NCBI GenBank assembly: GCA_964426735.1
Contig: CAYRRP010000001.1
Span: forward strand, 75,923 to 139,922
Direction of reading: 5' to 3'
Length of the DNA: 64,000 bases
Origin: an uncultured Candidatus Saccharibacteria bacterium
GTDB taxonomy: Bacteria > Patescibacteriota > Minisyncoccia > Phycocordibacterales > DATDWN01
Shown in pieces: positions 30,297 to 39,978 of the stretch. Under the pieces are notes generated by a model, which was not told the DNA's origin, made no database searches, and saw only the letters and a list, made by a program, of their open reading frames with translations. Made by a program: the position numbers and the translations under genes. The first letter of the stretch is position 1; each line of letters starts with the position of its first letter.

Positions 30297-30734
30297 ATGA
30301 AAAAAATTTTAATTATAGGTGTCTTAATAGTATGTATTGGAGGTGGAATAGTTGTATTATTCAAACAAAAAAATACACCACCGCAAGCAGTTATAAATCC
30401 TGGTCCAATGCAGTATAAAGATTTGGTATATATAGAAGCACCTTTTTCTGGTACAAAAGTGACGAGTCCATTGGTGGTTTCCGGGCGTGCACGAGGGAAC
30501 TGGTATTTTGAAGCGTCATTTCCAGTAAAACTTTTAGATGGTAATGGAAATCAAATTGTAATTGCTCCTGCACAAGCCCAAGGGGATTGGATGACTACAG
30601 ACTATGTGCCTTTTTCTGTGACGCTGACCTTCCCAACACCAGCAACTGCCACAGGTACCCTTATTTTGCAAAAAGACAATCCTTCAGGAGAACCTCAGTT
30701 TGATGATTATGTCTCAATCCCAGTAACTTTCTAA
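30297..30734 (+). CDS. Gmad2-like immunoglobulin domain protein
   Basis: N-terminal TM, GNWYFEASFPV, DNPSG. Confidence 0.8.
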   Translation: MKKILIIGVLIVCIGGGIVVLFKQKNTPPQAVINPGPMQYKDLVYIEAPFSGTKVTSPLVVSGRARGNWYFEASFPVKLLDGNGNQIVIAPAQAQGDWMTTDYVPFSVTLTFPTPATATGTLILQKDNPSGEPQFDDYVSIPVTF

Positions 30735-30735
30735 C

Positions 30736-30756
30736 TACATAGGGGTACCCTATGTA
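30736..30756. repeat. 21-bp palindromic repeat TACATAGGGGTACCCTATGTA, copy 1
   Basis: Also at 30838-30858 (inverted) and 32893-32912. Confidence 0.85.
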
Positions 30757-30771
30757 CCAATAAAACAATCA

Positions 30772-31368
30772 ATGAATAACAAGAAAGTTTCTTTTACTGT
30801 TTCAGTATTCCTTGTATTATTTCTGTTACTCTCAAAATACATAGGGTACCCCTATGTAAAAGAGATGCGATCTCAAGTGTCAGCTATAGTACAGGCTCAA
30901 GTTGAGGCAGAGAATGTTTCAACAACAACTCCTGTATATCCCATAAAGACTGAAGATTTGTATGTTGTCTCACGTGTAGTGGATGGAGATACGATTGAAG
31001 TGATTCGCGATAACGTGAAGGAAAAAGTACGCTTGATTGGTGTTAATACTCCAGAGACTGTGGATCCACGAAAAAAAGTGGAGTGTTTTGGAAAAGAAGC
31101 CTCTGCTCATGCGAAAGAAATATTACTTGGTCAAAAAGTGAAACTTGTGTCTGATGATACTCAAACAAAATACGATAAGTACGGTAGACTTTTGGCGTAT
31201 GTATACACAGACGATGGGCTATTTATAAACAAACACATGATCAGTGAGGGGTATGCGTATGAGTATACCTACAGAGTGCCGTATCTTTTTCAAAATGAAT
31301 TTAAAGAAGCTCAAGTAAAAGCTCAAACTCAAGGGAAGGGTTTGTGGAGAGCGGGAATGTGTGAGTAA
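30772..31368 (+). CDS. Thermonuclease (SNase) family, membrane anchored
   Basis: VVDGDT, VRLIGVNTPE, DKYGRLLAYV, GLW. Confidence 0.9.
   Translation: MNNKKVSFTVSVFLVLFLLLSKYIGYPYVKEMRSQVSAIVQAQVEAENVSTTTPVYPIKTEDLYVVSRVVDGDTIEVIRDNVKEKVRLIGVNTPETVDPRKKVECFGKEASAHAKEILLGQKVKLVSDDTQTKYDKYGRLLAYVYTDDGLFINKHMISEGYAYEYTYRVPYLFQNEFKEAQVKAQTQGKGLWRAGMCE
30838..30858. repeat. Palindromic repeat copy 2, in-frame inside the thermonuclease gene (YIGYPYV)
   Basis: Exact reverse complement of copy 1. Confidence 0.8.
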
Positions 31369-31481
31369 AACTGAGTGATGCAAGGTGATTGAACTATTAC
31401 GGTACTATTGACAGATAGTAAAATAATAGTACGCTACTATAGTACTGATCTTTTTAATTCAAAAAGCCGAGGAGAATGTAA

Positions 31482-32138
31482 GTGCTAAAATTAACCTGGA
31501 AAGATGTTCCGAACTTTGCGTTCAAGATTCATGTTCAATTGTTTGTCCGTAAGGCGACGTATGAACATGGGAGTCTCAAGAAACTGGCGACGGATATTTC
31601 TAATCGCTACTTGAAGGGGAAAGACTTCGAGTTGATGGTGCAAACCTATCTCGATATCTGCTGGACGATTGACGGCATCAAGACAAAAACCATTGGCACG
31701 GCAGCACCAATTACTCGAAGTAATACACTCATGCAAGCAATTGCAATGGTGTATATGAACGAGAACCCTGTTACTATTGAGCAGTGTGATCAGATCAACC
31801 GATTCGCAGAGAAATGTAAAAACAGCTCAGTGAGTATTCATAATTGGTTTTTCCCCAAGGTCTACACTCTCTGGATGTATGCAAGTTATGCGAGTCAGAT
31901 CAATGATTTTGCGCGCAATCTCGTTGTTGATCCTCAAATAGACGAATCAACGCTCGCATTCCTTTACGAATCTATGAAAGGTGTTGGGGCAGAGATCAAC
32001 GAAATAGTTACTGAACTGTCAATGCTTCGGAAATATGGTGTGAAATCTTCATTCTTTCAGGATGGGATGTTGCATGGTCCGGATGAGGCATGGGTCTTTA
32101 CTGATTTTCATGAACTCATTCCTCAAATTTCTGAATGA
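31482..32138 (+). CDS. Hypothetical protein
   Basis: 218-aa ORF, GAGGAG SD, TTGACA promoter upstream. Confidence 0.65.
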   Translation: MLKLTWKDVPNFAFKIHVQLFVRKATYEHGSLKKLATDISNRYLKGKDFELMVQTYLDICWTIDGIKTKTIGTAAPITRSNTLMQAIAMVYMNENPVTIEQCDQINRFAEKCKNSSVSIHNWFFPKVYTLWMYASYASQINDFARNLVVDPQIDESTLAFLYESMKGVGAEINEIVTELSMLRKYGVKSSFFQDGMLHGPDEAWVFTDFHELIPQISE

Positions 32139-32147
32139 CGTCAGTTT

Positions 32148-32840
32148 ATGCCCTCAATTCCACTTGCGGTCGTGAGCCTTTCTAACAAGAGCGATCTCAC
32201 TGAGATTGGTTTTACCACCAAGCTTCATGAGAGTGGTATAGGAAAAATGTCCGGCGCCGGTTCACTATTTACAACCCGCGGATTCATGCATATCGATAGT
32301 AAAGGTGAACTTGACACTTCACCCGGTCTCGGCCTTATGCCTGTTCGAGAAATTTTCGAAAGGCATAACAAGGTTGCATTTTATGAGACCTTACGTTTCG
32401 TGCATGCCATTCGTCTTTACGATTTAGTTGTACCTATAACCACGGTCTCACAGATGCCTCAACCCCTCGTTCCTAAAGGTATTCTCGATCGGCTAAAAGG
32501 TGTCTTGAACAAGAAGCATCTTTTGCAGCTTGACCTTATCATTCCGCGTGTGCGCACTCTCGAGAACGTCGATCAGCTCATTCGTGAGTTGGAAGACGAG
32601 ATCGAGAAAGCAGATACGGAAACCATGGTACGCACGAAACGCGAACTACGACGTCACGAAGTGATCTACCATGTTCGTAGACTTCCCAAAGGTAAGCATC
32701 CAACTGCAGAAGCGCGAGCGCGTGCAGCTGAGTACAATATCGTACTTGCAGATGACGAAACCTTTGTGAAGCCTCACGAGCGTGGTGAAGGTAGTCTTGT
32801 AAAAACACTTCATCAGGCAGTGGTACGCCAGGGTAAGTAG
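32148..32840 (+). CDS. Hypothetical protein with C-terminal HVRRL...FVKPHERG motif
   Basis: 230-aa ORF cotranscribed with 31482; terminator gccccgc/gcggggc at about 32859-32884. Confidence 0.65.
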   Translation: MPSIPLAVVSLSNKSDLTEIGFTTKLHESGIGKMSGAGSLFTTRGFMHIDSKGELDTSPGLGLMPVREIFERHNKVAFYETLRFVHAIRLYDLVVPITTVSQMPQPLVPKGILDRLKGVLNKKHLLQLDLIIPRVRTLENVDQLIRELEDEIEKADTETMVRTKRELRRHEVIYHVRRLPKGKHPTAEARARAAEYNIVLADDETFVKPHERGEGSLVKTLHQAVVRQGK

Positions 32841-32892
32841 CTGTATTTTCATAGGTAGGCCCCGCAAAACATCGCGGGGCTTTTCTGTATAC

Positions 32893-32912
32893 TACATAGG
32901 GGTACCCTATGT
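32893..32912. repeat. Palindromic repeat copy 3
   Basis: 22 bp identical between 30734-30755 and 32891-32912. Confidence 0.85.
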
Positions 32913-32979
32913 GTTATTAAAAAGAAAGCCACCCGAGAAGCAGGGCGCTTTCGGGTGGTTACAAGTGTCAGCTAGCAAG

Positions 32980-33285
32980 CTAGCCAAATACTTTTTTGTT
33001 GAACACACTCAGTGTCCAAAGTGTCAGGCCGACTGCCCACACCATCATGCCCGCAATTGGGCCGTGATGTTGTGTGATAGGCCACGACAGAACAAAAAGT
33101 CCTGCACCAATTAGACTTGCGCAAAATAGGCTTGTTTCGCGTATGGTGCTCAGGGTCAGAATGAGTGCAACAGTTGCGGTTACGGTTGGGGCTAGTTGTT
33201 CAGCAAGTTTGAGAAAAAGCCCGAATATCACCAGGGCGTAGGTTAGAAACCCAAGTCCTTGGAGCCAGTCAATTAGGTTTTTCAT
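32980..33285 (-). CDS. Small membrane protein
   Basis: 4 hydrophobic segments; own TTGACA promoter and hairpin terminator. Confidence 0.6.
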   Translation of the reverse strand: MKNLIDWLQGLGFLTYALVIFGLFLKLAEQLAPTVTATVALILTLSTIRETSLFCASLIGAGLFVLSWPITQHHGPIAGMMVWAVGLTLWTLSVFNKKVFG

Positions 33286-33542
33286 GGGGGTCTGTGGTTA
33301 CAATACCACCTATTTTTCATATATGTCAATGATTTTTATTGACAAAATATACAAGAGGTGCTATACTTCTTGGGTAACTAAATCTCATTTTTCTCAGGAG
33401 GTTTCTCTCTGCGCAACGCGCTTTATTGAAAAATTCGAGACCATTTCGCGGTTTGTGTTAAATTAAGCGAAAAAGTTATAAGGGCTCGAATCCTTCAGTA
33501 AATATACAATTCAGTATATTTCTATTAAGTAAAAATATATAT

Positions 33543-34817
33543 ATGTATTCAGAAAGACCTCAATCAAGAGGAAGTAATTTTTCACGACCATCTGCAGGTG
33601 GATATCGAGGAGCGCGACCAAGTTTCGGCTCACGTCCATCTTTTGGTTCTCGTGGAGGTTCACGATTTGCACCACGTCGCCAAGCAGGCAGACGAGGACA
33701 GTCAACTTTCAATGATATTTCTCGTTTCGTAAATAAAGCAACAAAAGCTGAAGAAGTGGAGGTATTCGTACCAAAGCATGCTTTTAGTGATTTTGCGATT
33801 CACGAAGCGCTTAAAGCGGTTATTCTCAAAAAAGGATATACGACTCCAACTCCGATCCAGGATACGTCAATTCCTCACATTTTAGCCGGTCTAGATGTGG
33901 TGGGTATTGCAAACACCGGTACCGGAAAGACAGCTTCATTCCTTATCCCTCTCATTCACAAAGTGATGATTGGTATTATGGCAAAGCGCAATGAGCAGGT
34001 GCTTATCGTCGCTCCGACACGTGAACTCGCAATTCAAATTGATGCTGAATTTAAAAAATTCACTGATGGTTTAAATTTGTATTCAGTGTGTGTAGTTGGT
34101 GGTGCTCCAATCAACAAACAGATCCGCGAACTCCGCTCTCATAATGATTTTATCATCGGGACTCCAGGACGTATCAAAGATTTGATGGAGCAGGGATATA
34201 TTAATCTTTCAAAATTTAACACAATCGTACTCGATGAAGCTGACCGAATGCTTGATATGGGATTTGTGGGTGATATGCGCTTTATGATGGCTAAGATGCC
34301 ACAAGTGCGACACACACTTTTCTTCTCAGCGACTCTGTCAAAAGAAATCGAACAGTTGATTGGGGAGTTTCTCAACAATCCAGTGCGAGTATCTGTAAAG
34401 ACACGAGATACGTCAAAAAATATTGACCAAGACGTGGTACGAACAGGTGGAAAGGATAAGCTCGATGTACTTCACGATATTTTGAATCAGCCAGAATGTG
34501 ACAAAGTCATTATTTTCGGACGAACAAAACATGGAGTAGAAAGACTTTCTGAAATGCTCGCAAAACGAGGTTTTAAAGCAGATGCGATCCATGGTGACAA
34601 AAATCACACTGGACGACAGCGAGCGTTGACCAAGTTTAAAGAAAACCAGGTGCAGATTCTTGTGGCAACAGATGTTGCTGCTCGAGGACTCGACATTCCA
34701 AACGTTTCTCATGTGATCAATTACGATCTTCCGTCAACGTACGAAGACTATGTTCACAGAATCGGACGAACCGGCCGCGCAGGGAAACCAGGAAAGGCCC
34801 TTACGTTTATCGACTAG
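33543..34817 (+). CDS. DEAD-box RNA helicase
   Basis: GTGKT, PTRELA, DEAD, SAT, HRIGRTGR; RG-rich N-terminus. Confidence 0.95.
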   Translation: MYSERPQSRGSNFSRPSAGGYRGARPSFGSRPSFGSRGGSRFAPRRQAGRRGQSTFNDISRFVNKATKAEEVEVFVPKHAFSDFAIHEALKAVILKKGYTTPTPIQDTSIPHILAGLDVVGIANTGTGKTASFLIPLIHKVMIGIMAKRNEQVLIVAPTRELAIQIDAEFKKFTDGLNLYSVCVVGGAPINKQIRELRSHNDFIIGTPGRIKDLMEQGYINLSKFNTIVLDEADRMLDMGFVGDMRFMMAKMPQVRHTLFFSATLSKEIEQLIGEFLNNPVRVSVKTRDTSKNIDQDVVRTGGKDKLDVLHDILNQPECDKVIIFGRTKHGVERLSEMLAKRGFKADAIHGDKNHTGRQRALTKFKENQVQILVATDVAARGLDIPNVSHVINYDLPSTYEDYVHRIGRTGRAGKPGKALTFID

Positions 34818-34829
34818 TAAAACTTCCAC

Positions 34830-34929
34830 ATTTGGCAAATTTCTTTGTCGAGCGTCGGTAAAATAATTCTCAACGTACGTTAGTACGTTTCCAATTATTT
34901 TCCTAGCTCTTCGCGAACTTTGCTCAAAT
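34830..34929 (+). repeat. Long imperfect hairpin element, CGTAC-loop-GTACG family, copy A
   Basis: ttggcaaatttc...aaaataatt...cgtacgttagtacg...aattatttt...gaactttgctcaa. Confidence 0.8.
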
Positions 34930-35027
34930 CTGAAAGTTTTAGGGTTACAACAAAAAACCGCCAGGGCGGTTTTTTGCTTGGTATAGATTTCCCAGACATC
35001 ATTTATAACTTTTGCTATACTTATTTC

Positions 35028-36206
35028 ATGGAAGGAGCACCAACATCACATTCGGAACGAATATCTGATCGATCTGAAAAGTATCGGGAAATTAGAGAAA
35101 GAATGCGAGAAACTGTCCCTGATGGCGCAATGATATTTGGCGAAGAGGCTCTTGCTGATATAGATATAAATCGAAAAATAGTTAAAGATATAGATGATGA
35201 TCTTGCTGAAGAAACGAATGAAGAGAAAAAAGAAAAATTACTTGACCATAAAATCTTTTTTGAAGGCTGCTGTAAAAAGAGACTCTCGGAGCTTAAAACT
35301 GATATAGAAGATCGGGCCGCTATCGATGCACTACCTTTTTTTGAAACGATATCAACCTCTCCGCATATTGAAAAGTTAGTCAAAGATGAATTGCCGTTGA
35401 TTAAAAAATTGAGCAAGTATGATGCAATTACGCTCTTTGTGTGTACAGTGAATAAAGATATTCCAGATCAATTATTTGAAGAGATGGTGCGGACATATGT
35501 AAACTTTTGGGAGAAAAAGCAGGAAGAATTTCATGAAAAGGCACCGTACATGTTAGCTGAATTTAAAGAAAAAACACTGCAGGCTATAAAAGAAAATAAA
35601 CTACCTATTACTCAAGAGTTATTAGAAGAAAGAATGGATGATACCAGAATCTATTTAGCAGATGCAATGTCTATAGGAGATTGTACGAATGGAGATTATA
35701 GTGTTAAAGAAGGTGTGGTGAGAGTTGCTTATAGAGATGATGAAGAAGCCCAGGAGAAAACTGTCTTTCATGAAATGGTGCACGCACTTTCAGGGCGAAC
35801 AGTAAGACTCAGGAGCGGAGACCTAGATCATCAGCGGAATGGTTTAGTTTTTTGGGTTTATAACAGCAAAGGTAATAAAAGCGGTAAACAATTCAGGTGG
35901 CTAAATGAAGCTGTAACTGAAGAAATTACCATTGAACTTTTGGGAATAGAACCTGAAGATGCTGCATATCCTCGAGAACGAAGGTATCTTCAGGAACTCT
36001 ACAATCAAGGTGTCTCTAAAGAATTGGTTTATGGAGCTTATTTTGAAAATTATGATCCTGATTCTCAAGAAAAAGTTCCTAAATGGAAGGAATTAGTTCG
36101 TCTTATTAAGGATACACATCCAGAAATACCTGATGATAGGGGTGGTGTGGAATACATAAAAAAAGTAGAAGAGGAAATTAAACGAAGGAAAGGTGGTTCT
36201 AACTGA
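35028..36206 (+). CDS. Hypothetical protein with HEXXH (gluzincin-like) metallopeptidase motif
   Basis: FHEMVH...WLNEAVTE. Confidence 0.65.
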   Translation: MEGAPTSHSERISDRSEKYREIRERMRETVPDGAMIFGEEALADIDINRKIVKDIDDDLAEETNEEKKEKLLDHKIFFEGCCKKRLSELKTDIEDRAAIDALPFFETISTSPHIEKLVKDELPLIKKLSKYDAITLFVCTVNKDIPDQLFEEMVRTYVNFWEKKQEEFHEKAPYMLAEFKEKTLQAIKENKLPITQELLEERMDDTRIYLADAMSIGDCTNGDYSVKEGVVRVAYRDDEEAQEKTVFHEMVHALSGRTVRLRSGDLDHQRNGLVFWVYNSKGNKSGKQFRWLNEAVTEEITIELLGIEPEDAAYPRERRYLQELYNQGVSKELVYGAYFENYDPDSQEKVPKWKELVRLIKDTHPEIPDDRGGVEYIKKVEEEIKRRKGGSN

Positions 36207-36244
36207 TCCTATTTCAAAAGTACGTTTTGTGGGATAATAGATAT

Positions 36245-36937
36245 ATGCAAAAAATATTAATTGGGTTTTGTTTTGGGTTGCTTTTGGTGCTTGGGGGTGT
36301 TTTGTATTTTCGTGCGGACAAGCTTCAGGTAGCAGAACTCACTACAAATACTATTGAGACAGATTTCTATACTATAAAAGTTACCCAACCGAAAAACGCA
36401 GAAAAGGATTTTCCTGAGATTTTTGCTGTAACAAAAAATGCGATTACAACATTTGAAAAACAATATGGAAACTTGAGCCCTGAAGATATCGAAACTCTTG
36501 GTCTCGGAGGAGATCGTATCTATGACTTACAAATAGATACCACAGTTGCTACTTCTTCGAAGACAGTTTCGTATATTTTGACGTTATACGAATTTACTGG
36601 AGGTGCGCACGGTAATACTGCAGTGAAGACATTTACGTATGATAAAGACAATACATTCATCGATGAAAAGAAATTGTTTGGAGAAAATAACTGGCGACCA
36701 GTGGTGTCCGATATTACCTATGCGTATTTGAAAGAAAAATTAAAAGAAAACACAACCGATGAAGCTCTCAGAGAGGGGACAAAACCTGAGGGAGAAAATC
36801 TATCCACCTGGTATCTCAAAGGTGATGATGTGATCTTTATATTCGGGCAATATCAAATCGGCGCGTATGTGCTTGGTATTCAGGAGGTACCAATATCTCG
36901 TGAAAAATTGAGTGAAGTTTTATTAATTAACAACTAA
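36245..36937 (+). CDS. DUF3298/PdaC-like secreted protein
   Basis: N-terminal TM, FTGGAHGN, FGQYQIGAY. Confidence 0.8.
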   Translation: MQKILIGFCFGLLLVLGGVLYFRADKLQVAELTTNTIETDFYTIKVTQPKNAEKDFPEIFAVTKNAITTFEKQYGNLSPEDIETLGLGGDRIYDLQIDTTVATSSKTVSYILTLYEFTGGAHGNTAVKTFTYDKDNTFIDEKKLFGENNWRPVVSDITYAYLKEKLKENTTDEALREGTKPEGENLSTWYLKGDDVIFIFGQYQIGAYVLGIQEVPISREKLSEVLLINN

Positions 36938-36953
36938 AATAAAGAAGTTACGC

Positions 36954-37053
36954 AATTGAGCAAAGTTCTAGGCAGGCTAGGAAAATAATTGTAGGCGTAC
37001 TCGTTGTACGATGGAAATTATTTTCAGTAGCCTAACAACGAAATTTGCCAAGT
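36954..37053 (-). repeat. CGTAC hairpin element copy B (inverted)
   Basis: Reverse complement aligns to copy A over about 100 nt. Confidence 0.8.
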
Positions 37054-37073
37054 GCGGAAGTTCTAGAAAACAT

Positions 37074-37598
37074 ATGGAGAAAGCTGTATTTGGAGGGGGC
37101 TGTTTCTGGTGTGTGGAAGCTGTGTTTAAAATGCTCAAAGGTGTGAGTGAGGTGTATCCAGGATACGCCGGAGGTACGGTGCCGAATCCAACTTACGAAC
37201 AGGTATGCACGGGAGATACCGGACATGCTGAGGTGGTAGTGGTGGAGTATGATCCTTCAGTTATTAAATATACAGATTTAATGACGGTGTTTTTTGCAAG
37301 CCACAATCCGACCGAGAAAAACAGGTAGGGGGCAGATGTGGGGACTCAGTACCGCTCTGTGATTTTCTATACAACAGAACGGCAAAAAGAAGATGCCTTC
37401 GCGTACATTAAGGAAATAGAGAGTGTGGGTGGAGGTAAGCCAATAGTCACTGAAGTAGAGCCTTTGACCGAAGTATATAAAGCAGAGGATTACCATAAAG
37501 ATTATTTAGCAAATCATCCATCCGCACCGTATTGTCAGATTGTTATTGAACCAAAACTCGACAAAGTAAAAGAGCGATTTGCAAAACTAATAAAATAG
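37074..37598 (+). pseudogene. msrA: Peptide methionine sulfoxide reductase A with in-frame TAG at 37326-37328
   Basis: GGCFWC, NR*GADVGTQYRS (normally NRQG), AEDYH, PYC; both halves in the same frame. Confidence 0.85.
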
Positions 37599-37706
37599 GC
37601 GAACTTCTTTGTTGGACGTCGGCAATTTGATTGTCATCGTACATTAGTACGCCTCCAATCAAATTCCTTGTCCGCCTCGAATTTCATCCTATTTAATTAG
37701 TTTTGC
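37581..37706 (+). repeat. CGTAC hairpin element copy C, outer arm pairs with the msrA 3' end
   Basis: Compensatory changes relative to A; gcaaaactaataaaatagg/cctatttaattagttttgc. Confidence 0.8.
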
Positions 37707-37740
37707 TAGTGACATGTATAAATTAAATAATATAAAAACT

Positions 37741-38121
37741 ATGGAAATTGACGAAGAAGAGTTGAAAGCAAAGCTTACTCCAGAGGAGTATAAGGTGTTG
37801 CGAGAAAAGGGAACTGAAGCTCCGTTTTCAGGTGCACTGTTGCATGATGAGCGAAGTGGTATGTATACATGCAAAGTGTGTGGGCAAGAACTTTTTGCCT
37901 CAGATGCAAAATTTGATTCAGGTACTGGTTGGCCAAGTTTTGATCAGGCTATACCGGGGAGTGTGGTAGAAACAGAAGATGTGTCGCATGGAATGTCTCG
38001 AACAGAGATTACGTGTTCACAATGTGGATCACACTTGGGGCATGTGTTTAATGATGGACCGACTGTTACAGGAAAGAGGTATTGTCTTAATTCAGTGTGC
38101 TTAGACCTAAAGGTCAAATAA
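37741..38121 (+). CDS. msrB: Peptide methionine sulfoxide reductase B
   Basis: [29 protein letters not shown]. Confidence 0.95.
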   Translation: MEIDEEELKAKLTPEEYKVLREKGTEAPFSGALLHDERSGMYTCKVCGQELFASDAKFDSGTGWPSFDQAIPGSVVETEDVSHGMSRTEITCSQCGSHLGHVFNDGPTVTGKRYCLNSVCLDLKVK

Positions 38122-38251
38122 CGGCTCTGGTCTTTTTCACCAATCTCATCGTCTAAAATTAAAAAATACTCCTCACCTTACAAAAAGTAAGGCTCGTCAT
38201 ATTTTTAAATTTTATACGCGACCTTGGCGAAAAATCCACAGAGTGTGGTTA
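38118..38251 (+). repeat. Related long hairpin (ccttac-loop-gtaagg core), copy D
   Basis: tttttcaccaa/ttggcgaaaaa, taaaattaaaaaata/tatttttaaatttta; outer arm includes the msrB stop. Confidence 0.65.
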
Positions 38252-38717
38252 TATGGCTTAGGATAAAGATAAAGTTATCCACCTGTGCGTATTTGCGATT
38301 AACCTAACTGTTAGGTAGTATATATGTATACAAAAATACCCACATTGTTGGACTAGATACGGTTGGTATAACAGCTTATCGATAAGTCTTAAGTGAGTTT
38401 TTCGGTCACCAGTTATACCAAATAGGATGGGATTGTATCTAGCCCAATAACAAGGGTATTTTTGCTTTGTTAATTTTACCTTATGGTGCTTAAAAAAGTT
38501 TGCAAAAAACAGTGGAAAACCCCTCTTTCTTCCCACCGCGATACAAAAGCAAACTGATGTAAAATATTGCATCAAATAATGGCTTCGATTAAAGCTTTTT
38601 TAGAACTTTATTTTACTACAACATATTTTTAGGAGAAAACATCTTTCCTTTTTAATTTTTTATGTTGTTTTAGTAAAAATGAAATTAGAATTCATGTGTT
38701 TTGCTATAATGTTGTCT

Positions 38718-39974
38718 ATGCAAGACTCAGGAATTCCTCTCGACATCGTCTTTTCTGTTAGCGAATATCTCGATGCGTTAAATCGCTCGCTTAAGAGTGT
38801 GCGGGCAAAAATACTCGGTGAAGTTTCAGGGATACAGGAGTATCCAGGGCGGAGTTATCTTTATTTTTCAATCAAAGACAAAAAGGATGGAAGTACAGCA
38901 AAGTGCTTCATGTGGAAGCAGGACTACAAAAACTCCGGAGTGTTGCTCGAAGAAGGGATGGAAATGATGATCACTGCATATCCAAATGTCTACAAACCAA
39001 ACGGAGGAATGACACTTCAAGTGGAGAGTGTGGAGCTTGTGGGGGAAGGTGCCCTGAAGATTGCATATGAAAAGCTTAAAGCACAGCTCGAAAAGGAAGG
39101 ACTTTTTGATGAAGCAAACAAAAAAGCACTTCCACTTCTCCCGCACCGTATCGGTATTATTACCTCAAAGAGTGGTGCAGTGATAAATGATTTCCTTTCA
39201 AATATTGGTAAGTATGGTTTTGAGCTTTTGTTTGTTGATTCAAAAGTGGAGGGTGAAGGTGCGGTCAAAGATCTTCTCTCTGCTCTCCGTACGCTCTACA
39301 CACAAAAGGTGGATGTACTCATACTGATGCGTGGAGGAGGTTCCCTAGAGTCATTTCAGGCTTTTAACAACGAGTCTGTGGTACGTGCAGTATCAAAGTT
39401 TAATGCGCCTGTGATTACCGGTATTGGGCACGACAAAGATGTTCCACTTATTTCTTTTGTGTCTGATAAAAATGTATCTACTCCCACTGCAGCAGCAAAT
39501 CTTTTAAACACCGGATGGAAAGAATCATTTCACGAGGTAACTTTAGTAGAAGAAAAAATACTTGGACGATTTGAAAAGCTCTTGCAAAATAATCGGTATG
39601 AATTGGAAAATGCAGAGCGTATAATTGAAGATAGTTTCTATACGGTATTTGAAAGGTTTAAAGAATATAGGGAAATACTTGTGCGGTCGCTTAAAGATGT
39701 AGGTAATACGATAGAGCGAATGAGCGAACAGATTAAAGAAGCACAGTATCGTATTATCCGAGGGTTTACAGAAGATGTAGAAAGAAAAAAAGATACAGTC
39801 GAACAATATGAAAAACTATTGATTCAGCAAAATCCAGAGCGACAACTCAAGCTCGGATGGAGTATTACGAGAAACAAGAATGGTCAGGTGGTACGAAGTG
39901 TGAAAGATGTGAAGAAAGGAGATGAGCTTGTGGTTTCGGTTTCAGATGGGATTATTCATACAATAACTAACTAA
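38718..39974 (+). CDS. xseA: Exodeoxyribonuclease VII large subunit
   Basis: SVSEY, RGGGS, GIGH, STPTAAA. Confidence 0.95.
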   Translation: MQDSGIPLDIVFSVSEYLDALNRSLKSVRAKILGEVSGIQEYPGRSYLYFSIKDKKDGSTAKCFMWKQDYKNSGVLLEEGMEMMITAYPNVYKPNGGMTLQVESVELVGEGALKIAYEKLKAQLEKEGLFDEANKKALPLLPHRIGIITSKSGAVINDFLSNIGKYGFELLFVDSKVEGEGAVKDLLSALRTLYTQKVDVLILMRGGGSLESFQAFNNESVVRAVSKFNAPVITGIGHDKDVPLISFVSDKNVSTPTAAANLLNTGWKESFHEVTLVEEKILGRFEKLLQNNRYELENAERIIEDSFYTVFERFKEYREILVRSLKDVGNTIERMSEQIKEAQYRIIRGFTEDVERKKDTVEQYEKLLIQQNPERQLKLGWSITRNKNGQVVRSVKDVKKGDELVVSVSDGIIHTITN

Positions 39975-39978
39975 TATA

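Noticed and set aside
37326-37328. Genome-wide stop-codon reassignment
   Set aside because: TAG and TGA terminate many intact genes here (e.g. 34817, 50425, 9118)
34830-37706. CGTAC hairpins as attC sites
   Set aside because: No R''/R' core boxes; they follow housekeeping genes in either orientation
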